Notes: generated from the letters alone by a model not told the origin. Shown: positions 10,198-21,947, numbered from the stretch's first letter. The stretch: 64,000 nt of DNA from Microcoleus sp. (GCA_042408215.1 JAYFMW010000010.1:96001-160000), one strand, 5' to 3'. Numbers and translations: made by a program.

Positions 10198-10322
10198 AAT
10201 CTTTGATTTTGACGAGGGAAGCGCGCAACGCGATACTTTGGGGAGGCATTTTCCGAGGTTGGGCGATCGAGGTTTGGGGAAAAATGAGATAGCTACAGCT
10301 AGCGGTGATTCGGGGGGGTAAA

Positions 10323-13300
10323 GTTTCAATCCCTGATAGGGTTTTAGGTGTTTTCCGGCATCAGCATCATAAACCCTCGAAATTCCATTCCGATCTAAAG
10401 TTTCAATCCCTGATAGGGTTTTAGGTGTTTTCCGGCGTAACCATAAATCCCATCGGTGCGAGTGCGACACCAGTTTCAATCCCTGATAGGGTTTTAGGTG
10501 TTTTCCGGCGCGAGGCTGTGACCCATTTGCTTCGCAGCCAGCGAGTTTCAATCCCTGATAGGGTTTTAGGTGTTTTCCGGCACGAAATTCCTTGTAGTAG
10601 TGGCTCTACATCCGGTTTCAATCCCTGATAGGGTTTTAGGTGTTTTCCGGCCAGTCCACCAGTTGGAATCCTTGCTGCACCTTGTTTCAATCCCTGATAG
10701 GGTTTTAGGTGTTTTCCGGCCGAGAAAGCGATCGCCCACCGTGAGCAATCGCGGAGTTTCAATCCCTGATAGGGTTTTAGGTGTTTTCCGGCTCGCCATC
10801 CTGAATTAGTTCCAATTGATGCAATTGTTTCAATCCCTGATAGGGTTTTAGGTGTTTTCCGGCCTGCGATCGCGTCGTACACTGTTCCCCATAAGTGGTT
10901 TATAGGAAAACCCCGGCGCTTAGTTAGCCTATCCCCTGCGATCGCGTCGTACACTGTTCCCCATAAGTGGTTTCAATCCCTGATAGGGTTTTAGGTGTTT
11001 TCCGGCACCAGAGCCGCAAAACGCGCGGGAAGAAGAAGCAGTTTCAATCCCTGATAGGGTTTTAGGTGTTTTCCGGCTGGATGAGCTTAGTTGCGCATCG
11101 CCAGATCGGTTTCAATCCCTGATAGGGTTTTAGGTGTTTTCCGGCGACGCTTCCTTCGTAGCCTGTTGCTGTATATTGGTTTCAATCCCTGATAGGGTTT
11201 TAGGTGTTTTCCGGCCAGCAACGGTAAAATCGCTAACAATTTATGAAGTTTCAATCCCTGATAGGGTTTTAGGTGTTTTCCGGCTTGGAATACGTGCCAC
11301 AGGAAGTGGGACCTTGCGCGTTTCAATCCCTGATAGGGTTTTAGGTGTTTTCCGGCCCAGAAAGTGATCGTTACTTGAGGCATTTGCTGCGTTTCAATCC
11401 CTGATAGGGTTTTAGGTGTTTTCCGGCACCATGCTTTCACATTCTGCTCAAATAATCATGTTTCAATCCCTGATAGGGTTTTAGGTGTTTTCCGGCACAC
11501 CCAACAAACACCGGCAAACCGAGGCGGGCGACGTTTCAATCCCTGATAGGGTTTTAGGTGTTTTCCGGCGGCACCGGCAACGACTTACACAACCTCGAAT
11601 AATGCAGCGTTTCAATCCCTGATAGGGTTTTAGGTGTTTTCCGGCGCGTGGAGTTGCAGCGGGACATAAAAGCCTCGAAGTTTCAATCCCTGATAGGGTT
11701 TTAGGTGTTTTCCGGCGTCAATCAGAACTTTGCCGAATAAGCTACTGCATATCGTTTCAATCCCTGATAGGGTTTTAGGTGTTTTCCGGCTACGTTGCCG
11801 CTGAGTTCGGCAAGTCGTCTTGTGTTTCAATCCCTGATAGGGTTTTAGGTGTTTTCCGGCTTGTCGTGGCTGATGCGCGCGTGGTAGAATCGATGGTTTC
11901 AATCCCTGATAGGGTTTTAGGTGTTTTCCGGCAAATCTGTAGCTTCTTCTCAAGGATGGGCTTTAGTTTCAATCCCTGATAGGGTTTTAGGTGTTTTCCG
12001 GCGCAGCGGGACATAAAAGCCTCAAAAACGCGACCGCGGGTTTCAATCCCTGATAGGGTTTTAGGTGTTTTCCGGCGGTCAGCATCTCTGTTTGGCGATC
12101 GAGATATGAGTTTCAATCCCTGATAGGGTTTTAGGTGTTTTCCGGCACATCAGACCTGAGAATATCCTGGAATAGTTTGGGTTTCAATCCCTGATAGGGT
12201 TTTAGGTGTTTTCCGGCAAGTGTTGTAACCTTCCTCAAGTTTTTTAGCTGTTTCAATCCCTGATAGGGTTTTAGGTGTTTTCCGGCACGATTGCAGTAAA
12301 TAACATTATGTCTGAATATGTTTCAATCCCTGATAGGGTTTTAGGTGTTTTCCGGCGATTCGTGCAGACTTATCGCGTCACCATTACGTTTCAATCCCTG
12401 ATAGGGTTTTAGGTGTTTTCCGGCCTGGTGAAAGCCTTAAGAGATGAGCTTTTGGTGGGTTTCAATCCCTGATAGGGTTTTAGGTGTTTTCCGGCGTGAT
12501 TCTGATAATTCAGATCAGTCAGCGGCCGCTGAACTGGATGCGTTTCAATCCCTGATAGGGTTTTAGGTGTTTTCCGGCGCTCTTAATGAATATCAGAAAG
12601 CTATTAAAGATTAGTTTCAATCCCTGATAGGGTTTTAGGTGTTTTCCGGCGCGTAGAGAGCTTTGGGTGCAGCCAAGTACCTCCGTTTCAATCCCTGATA
12701 GGGTTTTAGGTGTTTTCCGGCTGAATAGGGATAACGGTGATTTGGTTGTTGAAGTTTCAATCCCTGATAGGGTTTTAGGTGTTTTCCGGCACCGCATAGA
12801 CTCGTCGCCCCGCAAGGCTTTTAGACGTTTCAATCCCTGATAGGGTTTTAGGTGTTTTCCGGCCGGTAAATCCGGTCACAGCATTACCCGCAGTTTGTTT
12901 CAATCCCTGATAGGGTTTTAGGTGTTTTCCGGCGATTGGAGCTCAGAAAATCTAGCCTCTTTCAGATTTAGTTTCAATCCCTGATAGGGTTTTAGGTGTT
13001 TTCCGGCCCAAGCAGTACGATCGCCTAGAAATCCTCACCGGTTTCAATCCCTGATAGGGTTTTAGGTGTTTTCCGGCGATCGCCTCTGGAGTAGGTGTTA
13101 TCCCAGGGACACTAGTTTCAATCCCTGATAGGGTTTTAGGTGTTTTCCGGCCTGACCAAGTGGTCGGTAAAAAAGATCGCCAGAGAGTTTCAATCCCTGA
13201 TAGGGTTTTAGGTGTTTTCCGGCCGCGAACGATGGCGCTCAGGGCTACAATTCGGGCAAAGTTTCAATCCCTGATAGGGTTTTAGGTGTTTTCCGGCCTG

Positions 13301-16157
13301 CGAAGTATGCCGAGCTTGGCGCTTCTTACCGGCGTTTCAATCCCTGATAGGGTTTTAGGTGTTTTCCGGCATTTGACCATGATCTGCTTGGACTCTTCGG
13401 AGCACGGTTTCAATCCCTGATAGGGTTTTAGGTGTTTTCCGGCCCTCAGTGACTCGCAAACTCTGCTCAATTTAGTGTTTCAATCCCTGATAGGGTTTTA
13501 GGTGTTTTCCGGCCGCGAATAGCCGCAATCAGCTTATGTCAAACAATGTTTCAATCCCTGATAGGGTTTTAGGTGTTTTCCGGCGAGTCGCAAGACTTGT
13601 CTGCGTTCCATATACGCGTTTCAATCCCTGATAGGGTTTTAGGTGTTTTCCGGCTAGTGGATCCCGTGCCTAAATTGAGGTTCAGAATAGTTTCAATCCC
13701 TGATAGGGTTTTAGGTGTTTTCCGGCAGCCGTTGCTGATACTTTGCACAGGCTGAAATGGAGTGTTTCAATCCCTGATAGGGTTTTAGGTGTTTTCCGGC
13801 TCATAGCACGATACCAGGATACTAACTATCTGTTGTTTCAATCCCTGATAGGGTTTTAGGTGTTTTCCGGCTTTACCGCTAGTTCTTCAAGCCTGCTACT
13901 TGAAGGTTTCAATCCCTGATAGGGTTTTAGGTGTTTTCCGGCAAGTTTTCCTCTATTCTGCTGGGTTTTAGCTCGGGTTTCAATCCCTGATAGGGTTTTA
14001 GGTGTTTTCCGGCAAATAGGACAATACTACCATAGCATAAACCAATGGTTTCAATCCCTGATAGGGTTTTAGGTGTTTTCCGGCAATCTAAAAAAACCAC
14101 CCTCAAGAATAGCACTGTATCGTTTCAATCCCTGATAGGGTTTTAGGTGTTTTCCGGCCAGAGTAGATCCAAAAATTGCCCCATCCCCACAAGTTTCAAT
14201 CCCTGATAGGGTTTTAGGTGTTTTCCGGCGCAACCCCCGTTGGGTCTCCAGCAACCGTTACCGGTTTCAATCCCTGATAGGGTTTTAGGTGTTTTCCGGC
14301 AAATGTTTGTGAACCTAAACCACCAACTCCTTCTCCGTTTCAATCCCTGATAGGGTTTTAGGTGTTTTCCGGCATTTGCCGGCAAATACTTTGCTGGGTA
14401 GGGATACGTTTCAATCCCTGATAGGGTTTTAGGTGTTTTCCGGCCATTAGTGGACAAACAATTGCATACCATCCATAACTGTTTCAATCCCTGATAGGGT
14501 TTTAGGTGTTTTCCGGCTTAGAAAAAAATGTGCCTGTACCCGCCGGACTGCATGTTTCAATCCCTGATAGGGTTTTAGGTGTTTTCCGGCTGATTGAACG
14601 CCTACACTTGTCGCAAAAATAGCTAGTTTCAATCCCTGATAGGGTTTTAGGTGTTTTCCGGCAGAGTATTTGTCCTCTTTTTTGAATGGTTACAATCGTA
14701 AGTTTCAATCCCTGATAGGGTTTTAGGTGTTTTCCGGCATTGTATTGGGCGGTGGCAGAAGCAATCCGAGGTTGTTTCAATCCCTGATAGGGTTTTAGGT
14801 GTTTTCCGGCTCGATCGCAAAAATAATACAGGAGACTGGAATGAGTTTCAATCCCTGATAGGGTTTTAGGTGTTTTCCGGCCCGTTTTGGCCATATTATC
14901 GCCGTCAATGGTTTTGTTTCAATCCCTGATAGGGTTTTAGGTGTTTTCCGGCTTGCTGAAACCGACCGCCGGAAATGCTACTGCCGGTTTCAATCCCTGA
15001 TAGGGTTTTAGGTGTTTTCCGGCTTGTACTCTAGAATCAAGCCTTATACAGAGAGATTGTTTCAATCCCTGATAGGGTTTTAGGTGTTTTCCGGCGCAAA
15101 CCCATCACAATGCCACCAGATTCAATCAGTTTCAATCCCTGATAGGGTTTTAGGTGTTTTCCGGCTTAATTAAGAGTCGCGACGACGCTAAGGGTTGGGT
15201 TTCAATCCCTGATAGGGTTTTAGGTGTTTTCCGGCTGAATCCTTTCCTACCTTGAAGTAGTGCTGGCGTTTCAATCCCTGATAGGGTTTTAGGTGTTTTC
15301 CGGCAAAAAACTCGCTGCAATATTTGGAGAGCGCGTCAGTTTCAATCCCTGATAGGGTTTTAGGTGTTTTCCGGCGTCGATTTGTAATCAGAGTCTATTT
15401 CATTGGAAGTTTCAATCCCTGATAGGGTTTTAGGTGTTTTCCGGCGCGGTGGCAACTTCATTACCATTCAATGACCAAGTGTTTCAATCCCTGATAGGGT
15501 TTTAGGTGTTTTCCGGCATGCAGGCAAGAAATTTCATGAGGATAAAAATCTGTTTCAATCCCTGATAGGGTTTTAGGTGTTTTCCGGCACAACAACGGGG
15601 TAGCCCAACTAAATACGCTTGTCAGTTTCAATCCCTGATAGGGTTTTAGGTGTTTTCCGGCCTTCCTGTTTGAGTGCAAGCAAGACAGGATTTGAGTTTC
15701 AATCCCTGATAGGGTTTTAGGTGTTTTCCGGCTTGGGCACTGAGTGCAACACTCGGCTGTTAAAGGTGTTTCAATCCCTGATAGGGTTTTAGGTGTTTTC
15801 CGGCGGTTGATCGTGGGGGCGATCGGTGCGGCCGCAAGGTTTCAATCCCTGATAGGGTTTTAGGTGTTTTCCGGCGCGCAAGCCCAGCTGCAAAAACAGT
15901 CATACAAAGTTTCAATCCCTGATAGGGTTTTAGGTGTTTTCCGGCCTTTAATGTTCGGTCTAAGGCGCGCACGGATTCTGTTTCAATCCCTGATAGGGTT
16001 TTAGGTGTTTTCCGGCGCTAGCCCCATTACTCCCGGCGGGAGTCATCCGGTTTCAATCCCTGATAGGGTTTTAGGTGTTTTCCGGCTGCAAGTTGGCGCT
16101 CGGAATTCTGTAAACTCCGCGTTTCAATCCCTGATAGGGTTTTAGGTGTTTTCCGGC
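10323..16157 (-). CRISPR. CRISPR array, 81 repeats of 37 nt (GCCGGAAAACACCTAAAACCCTATCAGGGATTGAAAC on minus strand), probably subtype I-D family
   Basis: Manual count of 81 identical repeats from 10323 to 16121-16157. Spacers mostly 31-40 nt, one 46 nt, one 106 nt. The ATTGAAAC 3' end and CCCTATCAGGG hairpin indicate minus-strand orientation. Confidence 0.98.
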
Positions 16158-16400
16158 CGCCGGTGTTTGAAACCGTTGCTGTATTTGGTTTTCGAGGTTC
16201 GTTTGCGTCTGCATAAACTAAAAATACCATTTCAGCCTCCACCTGTCAATATCCTATTTTGACTTTTATCTTCAAACCCTTGTCAGACAAGGGCTTCAGC
16301 ATTTGCGTCTGCCCTGTATTCCCGGAATCGGCATCAAACCCTTACAGCAATTGCATTACAGCCCCAAAAATTAACCCCTCGATTTTTACACCTAGCAACA
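16158..16400 (-). promoter_or_regulatory. Probable CRISPR leader
   Basis: Non-coding stretch 5' of the first minus-strand repeat, with repeated AAACCCTT...AAGGG and TTTGCGTCTGC motifs like cyanobacterial leaders. Extent approximate. Confidence 0.6.
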
Positions 16401-16519
16401 GACGCAATTTTACAAAAAAATCTAGTTCGATCGCGCCAGGCACCCCCAGACAGCAAAACCTCATATCAATAATTATAAGCTGTCAGGCAAAATAGATTTG
16501 AACCGTTAAACTTCAAACC

Positions 16520-17581
16520 ATGACCAAAACCTTAATTCCCGTGATTCTCGCCGGCGGTAAAGGCGAACGCTTCTGGCCACTCAGTCGCAAACATCGCCCC
16601 AAACAGTTTTTGAGTCTCGATGGTAGCGGCAAAAGTTTGCTGCAAGTCACAGCCGATCGCCTGTTAACATTAGGTGGCGGTTGGGACGATTTGTGGGTAG
16701 TGACATCCGAAATGTTGGCTGCGGGAGTGCGCGAACAGTTGCCGCTGCTACCTCCTGAGAATTTGCTGGCGGAACCGGAGGGCCGGGATACTGCGCCGGC
16801 GGTGGCTTGGAGTGCGATCGAAATTGCGAAACGTTACGGTGAGGATGCGGTTGTCGGGTTTTTCCCGGCGGATCACTGGATTGGGGAACCGGAGGAGTTT
16901 GAGAAGACTTTGGCTGCGGCGGCCCAGTTGGCGATCGAGAAAAGTGCGATCGCCACTTTAGGAGTCAAACCGAGTTACGCTTCCACTGGCTACGGCTACA
17001 TCGAACAAGGCGAGGAAATTGGCAGTTTTGGCGGTTTTCCGGCCTATCGCGTCGCCCGGTTTACAGAAAAGCCCGATCGCGCCACGGCTGAGGATTTTGT
17101 AGCCAGCGGCAAATTTAGTTGGAACGGCGGAATATTCGTATTTCGAGTCGGAACAGTCTTGACAGAATTGCGAAATTATGTACCGGAAATGATGGCAGCT
17201 TTGGAGGCAAAAGGCGCCCAGGCTTACTCGCAATTGCCGAAAATTAGCATCGATTACGCGCTGATGGAAAAGACGGAAAAAGCCTGTGTTTTGCCTGTAG
17301 GCTTTAGTTGGGACGATTTGGGTGATTGGAATGCGATCGCCCGTTTGCTGCAAGGAGACAAGCCGAATGTGGAATTAGCAAAACACATCGGAATTGATAC
17401 GAAGGGCGCTATTTTTTATGCAGCGGATGAGAATGAAGTAATTGTCACCATTGGTTTAGAAGATGTCGTAGTTGTCAGAGATGGAAATGTGACTTTGATT
17501 GTCAAAAAAGACAGGACGCAGGAGATTAAACAGGTAATCAAGGTGTTGGGAGAAGATGAGAAGTTGAAAGATTTGCTGTAA
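16520..17581 (+). CDS. manC: Mannose-1-phosphate guanylyltransferase
   Basis: VILAGGKGERFWPLSR..PKQF, EPEGRDTAPA, PADH, FTEKP, SIDYALMEK, WDDLGDW. Confidence 0.92.
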   Translation: MTKTLIPVILAGGKGERFWPLSRKHRPKQFLSLDGSGKSLLQVTADRLLTLGGGWDDLWVVTSEMLAAGVREQLPLLPPENLLAEPEGRDTAPAVAWSAIEIAKRYGEDAVVGFFPADHWIGEPEEFEKTLAAAAQLAIEKSAIATLGVKPSYASTGYGYIEQGEEIGSFGGFPAYRVARFTEKPDRATAEDFVASGKFSWNGGIFVFRVGTVLTELRNYVPEMMAALEAKGAQAYSQLPKISIDYALMEKTEKACVLPVGFSWDDLGDWNAIARLLQGDKPNVELAKHIGIDTKGAIFYAADENEVIVTIGLEDVVVVRDGNVTLIVKKDRTQEIKQVIKVLGEDEKLKDLL

Positions 17582-17632
17582 GCAACGGAGGACACGGCGA
17601 TGCCGTTTCCCTACCCCAAAACGATCGCGAAT

Positions 17633-17740
17633 TATATCGTTTCCGGTTGCATCGGAATGGTTTAACCGCAGAGAACGCAGAGAACACAGAGGGAGATAAG
17701 AGAGATGAATAATTCCGATGAAGAGTGGATTTGATATTAA
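17633..17740. repeat. Dispersed ~105-bp palindromic repeat (TATATCGTTTCCGGTTGCATCGGAAT...GATTTGATATTA)
   Basis: Reverse-orientation homologs at about 18925-19030, 23885-23990 and 34291-34398. Confidence 0.85.
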
Positions 17741-17824
17741 TTGTAGGGAAACGGCACTGCGTGTCCTCATTTTGGGTAATATCTCGGTGGTTGAAAGTGC
17801 GCGGACTAAGCAATAAAGAGCAGA

Positions 17825-18907
17825 CTAAAGCTGAGTGCAACTTTTGGCCGCCGCCGCCTGTTGCCGCATCAGCTTAGCAGTGTTACAAGCAGGTTGGGAA
17901 ACCGTTAAACTCGATGTCCCAGCCCCCTGAGCCAACAACTGAGATGGTGGCTTTAAACTGATATTTTTAGGCTGTTTCTCTGCCATTTTAGTCGAAAACT
18001 GCGGTGCTGATTGCAAAAACTTTTCGATGGGAATTCCCCAACTCGATCGCACCATTAACTCCCGCATTGGTTCACAAGGTTTCGAGCCATCCTGAAACAC
18101 ATAAGGATCTCCCCAAAGCGGATAAGCGTGCATTCCATTGACAGCTACCACCTCACCGGCCAAATTCAGCACCGGGCCACCGCTCATCCCTTTTTCAATC
18201 TGATTGTCATAACCCAGTTGATAGCCATCTTCGAGGGATTTTTCAGGTATGAGCGATACTCGTCCGTGAGTAAATTTCCATCCTGCTGAATCTGATTTGT
18301 TAGCCTCAAAAGGAAACCCGGCAGCATATACTTTGTCCCCTTCTTTAAGCGCTGAAGAACTTCCCAATATACCTATTTTATAGTCGGATTTGGTACTGCT
18401 AAACTGCAAAAGTGCTAAATCTTTACCCGCAAATTGAGTTGGCAAAAATCGGGTAGCAGAGTGAATTTTACCGTCTGGAGTTTGGATGCGATAGGTTTCT
18501 CCTGACTGCAATACGTGGTCGTTTGTAATCGCAGTATAAACTTGTTCTTCCCGCTGAATGATAATCCCCGATCCCCAATTATCTCCCGAAAACACTTTCA
18601 CAGTAATGGAACGAGCTTTCTGAAACATCGCTGTTTTGGCTAAATCTTCCGCCCTCTGGGGAAGCGGTTGTTTCTGGTTCTCCCCTGACAATGGTTTTAG
18701 GGGTTTCGCGGGCAAATTCAGCGGTTGAGTCGCTGGCGACTTCATAGGTGGCTTGCTGAGTTGAAATGTCGATCCTTGAGGTTGCTGTGGTAACTCTGTG
18801 CGGACAATTTCTGCGGCAGAGAAACCTCGACTGTGTACTTGAACTGCTAGGACCGTCAACACACCAGCAGTACAACTAAAAAATACTAGGGAAACCCAAT
18901 TCATCAA
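17825..18907 (-). CDS. Secreted/membrane-anchored trypsin-like serine protease
   Basis: WGSG, ITNDHV, DLA, KGMSGGP, NGMHAYPLWG. Confidence 0.88.
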   Translation of the reverse strand: MMNWVSLVFFSCTAGVLTVLAVQVHSRGFSAAEIVRTELPQQPQGSTFQLSKPPMKSPATQPLNLPAKPLKPLSGENQKQPLPQRAEDLAKTAMFQKARSITVKVFSGDNWGSGIIIQREEQVYTAITNDHVLQSGETYRIQTPDGKIHSATRFLPTQFAGKDLALLQFSSTKSDYKIGILGSSSALKEGDKVYAAGFPFEANKSDSAGWKFTHGRVSLIPEKSLEDGYQLGYDNQIEKGMSGGPVLNLAGEVVAVNGMHAYPLWGDPYVFQDGSKPCEPMRELMVRSSWGIPIEKFLQSAPQFSTKMAEKQPKNISLKPPSQLLAQGAGTSSLTVSQPACNTAKLMRQQAAAAKSCTQL

Positions 18908-19191
18908 AGTTACATAATTTAGGTAATATCAAATCCGGTAGCATCAGAATTATTCAGATCTCTATTCTCTCCCTCTGTGTCCTCTGTGTTCTCTGCGGTT
19001 AAATCATTCCGATACAACGGTCAACGATCTAATACCAATTTAATAGGTCGTTGCACATATTCCAATCCCCCTAAATCCCCCTGAATAAGGGGAGTAGGGG
19101 TTGACTTTGAGAAGAATCTTGTCCCCCCCTTATTAAGGGGGGTTAGGGGGGATGAAATTCTATGGAGCCTCACAAAAAATTGGTATGAGTC

Positions 19192-19752
19192 TTACCAAAC
19201 AGGAGTATCAGACTGCGAATTCGGCTGACTTTCTACAGCAGCCTGTTCGAGATATTCGCTCATATCTATATAAACACGAGACGTGCTTTCATTGAGCGGC
19301 CCAGAAGCGCGGACGCGCACCGCCAGTAGACTGTTTAATACTTGAGTTGGATCGCTACCTCCTTTGAGAGTGAATAGCAATCCAATGCAATTACCTCCTT
19401 CGCGATCGGCAACACAAACTACTTGCTGGTTGTTCATCATACCAGTAGTCAGGTAGTTCAGTTTTTGATTTCGGAAGTATTGCTGAAATCTTGCAGATAC
19501 TTCAATACAGCGCCGTTCTGGACTGTAGCCCGCATCGCGGAAACGATCGGAAGTCCACCGAATCACAGGTACGTCACCCCGATTAGTCCGAGCAATGGTG
19601 GTGGGAGCGCCGTTGCTCGTACCGCAGACAAATGCTCTGGTTTGAAGGGTGGTTTGAGCGCTAGCATAAGTCCCGATCGCACTTACAGCAAATGCGATCG
19701 ATCCAGCGGCAAAAATCGATCTCAATAGCTTGTGTTTTTCAATCATTATCAC
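19192..19752 (-). CDS. COP23-domain secreted protein
   Basis: Signal peptide; FVCG...PTTIART..GDVPVIRW...YSPERRCIEVSARFQ...LNYLTTG.MN.QQVVC...LLFTL. Confidence 0.85.
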   Translation of the reverse strand: MIMIEKHKLLRSIFAAGSIAFAVSAIGTYASAQTTLQTRAFVCGTSNGAPTTIARTNRGDVPVIRWTSDRFRDAGYSPERRCIEVSARFQQYFRNQKLNYLTTGMMNNQQVVCVADREGGNCIGLLFTLKGGSDPTQVLNSLLAVRVRASGPLNESTSRVYIDMSEYLEQAAVESQPNSQSDTPVW

Positions 19753-19955
19753 AACTCCTTGTGTTCAAAATTAACAGTTATAGGACGGCAAAAAAAAACC
19801 GGTTTCTCGGAAAAAACGTCGATATATGCGAGAGATACGAAGGCAGAAACCGGGTTTTTGACCGTGGGTTCAGGACTGAGTTAAAAACTTAAAGGTAGAA
19901 ACAATAATTTTTTTGAATTCTACCTTCTAAATCTCTAGTTTTCTGCATTCAAAAG

Positions 19956-21803
19956 CTACCATTCCTTTTCGGAAACAGGCGGGTTATTGATGAGAGACTC
20001 AGGAGTTCCTGACTGCATATTTCTCGCATCCACCGGCGAAGTACCCGGACGGCAAATCGGCTTACCCTGCACGTATAGTGGATCTGGCGGGCGGATGTTG
20101 CTGGCTTCATCGGTTTCGCAGACGATCGATACTGTGACAGGATTGTTATTATTAGCAGTTTCCGTCAAAAACACCGCTCCCACATAGGCTTTCTGGTTGG
20201 GGTTCAGAGGAATAGCATAGTGAAATGCTCCCCTAGTAGTGGTGTGAATCGCAAAGTTGAACTTCGCCATCGGAAGTTGAATGTTAAAAGAGCGTTGCAG
20301 CAAACTGATAGTACCGGTAAATGCACCATTGCGCGTGCGGAAGGTTTGCTGGGCGCGAATTAAGGCTTGAAGTGCTGATTCCGCTCCTGGCGATGTAGCC
20401 TGTCGCACCGCTTGAGGTGCTGGCTGACTGCGCGGCTCTGGTTTTGGCGCTGGTGTGGGCCTTGGTTGCTTTGCTTCTAGGGAGTTATTGGGTGCTGGAC
20501 TTGTTTGAGCAATAGTCGGGGCTGGCCGCTGTGGCTCCACTCTATCAACTGGGTTTCTCGGTAAAGATATTCCCAGTCCGCCGTTGAGCGCCTGTTGGAA
20601 GCCGTCTTCATTCCCCGATGCTCCATCCAGGGATGCTGCTTTTTGAGCGTCCTCATTGGCTCCTTCGCTGTCCCCGACTATGCGGCGCACTTCGCTGCGA
20701 CGGTTGTACCCAACGCTGCTGTTGGGAGCTAGGCGGATGGCTTGGGCTATGTCGGTGTTGGCTCCTATGTAGTCTTTGATTTGAGCTCGGCTGACGCCCC
20801 GCAGGCCGTAGGCATCTGCAAAGGTAGAATTGATTTGGATAGCTCGATCGAAATCGGCGATCGCTTCTTTATGATTTCCCAATTGAGCGTTGCTAGCACC
20901 ACGAACGCGGTGAGCTTCGGCTAATTGGGGATTGTTTTGGATAGCTTTGATGGCATTTTCTAGAGCTGCTCTATAATTTTTTTGAGCGAAATTGGCGTAA
21001 GCTAAACCGTTGAAAACATCGGCGGAGTTTTGATTGAATCGCAGTCCTTGGCTGAAGTCTGCGATCGCCCCTTGATAATTTTGCCGTTTGAGTTTTTCTT
21101 TGCCTTGTTCGGCGTAAGCTTTAGGAGCGAGTTCGACAAAGGTGTTGATAGGAATTCCCAAGTTCACCCACGCTTTCGTGATTGTATCTTCTGTACTCCC
21201 CTCTGTACGTCCGTGAATGCCAATCACACGGCCACGAATATCGAGAATTGGCCCTCCGCTCATTCCCTGACGAGTTGGGTTTGTATAGATTAATTCATAG
21301 CCGTCATTTACCCGTTCGCGAGCTGAAATTTGTCCTGCTGTCATCTGACGGATCTGTCTTGTAATAGTTTCCCCTGGCTTTGGCCAGCCGGAAACGTAGA
21401 TTTGTTCTCCTACGGTAGCTGTTTTAGAATCTCCCAATTGTGCTATCTCGTAAATGCGGTCGCTGACAAAGGGCACGATCGCCAAATCGACTCCCGGTAA
21501 TTGGATAATGTTATTGCTGTCCACTCGGTAGGAAGTGCGATCGGGCGCGACAATCTTTGATTCACCCCCACCCACCATTACGTGTTTCGCAGTCAGCACA
21601 TAATAGGTACTTCCTTCCCTAGCAATAATTATCCCTGAACCCTGATTTTTTCCTTCGATTAATACTGTAATTTGCTCAGCAATTTTATTGACTTGTTCTG
21701 CTGTTTGTGCTACAGCATTTTGACTTTGTACGATCGCAATTGTTGCACCGATCAGGGCTGCTGAAAGTCCGTATTTAAACCTAATTGTCATATGATTCTC
21801 CAT
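19956..21803 (-). CDS. Secreted trypsin-like protease, TPR, Pro-rich linker and type IV pilin-like G/H domain fusion
   Basis: LTAKHV/DLA/QGMSGGP; about five TPRs; C-terminus RAQQTF...KAYVGAVF...IVCET...PICRPGT. Start probably 21803 or 21791 rather than 21872. Confidence 0.8.
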   Translation of the reverse strand: MENHMTIRFKYGLSAALIGATIAIVQSQNAVAQTAEQVNKIAEQITVLIEGKNQGSGIIIAREGSTYYVLTAKHVMVGGGESKIVAPDRTSYRVDSNNIIQLPGVDLAIVPFVSDRIYEIAQLGDSKTATVGEQIYVSGWPKPGETITRQIRQMTAGQISARERVNDGYELIYTNPTRQGMSGGPILDIRGRVIGIHGRTEGSTEDTITKAWVNLGIPINTFVELAPKAYAEQGKEKLKRQNYQGAIADFSQGLRFNQNSADVFNGLAYANFAQKNYRAALENAIKAIQNNPQLAEAHRVRGASNAQLGNHKEAIADFDRAIQINSTFADAYGLRGVSRAQIKDYIGANTDIAQAIRLAPNSSVGYNRRSEVRRIVGDSEGANEDAQKAASLDGASGNEDGFQQALNGGLGISLPRNPVDRVEPQRPAPTIAQTSPAPNNSLEAKQPRPTPAPKPEPRSQPAPQAVRQATSPGAESALQALIRAQQTFRTRNGAFTGTISLLQRSFNIQLPMAKFNFAIHTTTRGAFHYAIPLNPNQKAYVGAVFLTETANNNNPVTVSIVCETDEASNIRPPDPLYVQGKPICRPGTSPVDARNMQSGTPESLINNPPVSEKEW

Positions 21804-21947
21804 GCCTAATCTGAAGGAATATTTTTTGTGCTTGAGCGACTTATAGCATTTCTCAGAGTCTGGTAGGGACACGGCTCTTGGAGTGTCCCTACAGCCGTCT
21901 GCTGTATTTCATCCGATTGAAAACCGCTATATTTATCCAGATAATTT

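Noticed and set aside
10230..10260. Possible degenerate terminal CRISPR repeat (AGGCATTTTCCG)
   Set aside because: Weak similarity and out of register with the ~72-nt period.
10323..16157. Self-targeting spacers within the window
   Set aside because: None noticed by eye beyond HIP1 octamers; an exhaustive alignment was not possible.
10150..16242. Many short ORFs with RKTPKTLSGIET or AGKHLKPYQGLK repeats
   Set aside because: Translations of the CRISPR repeat, not genes.
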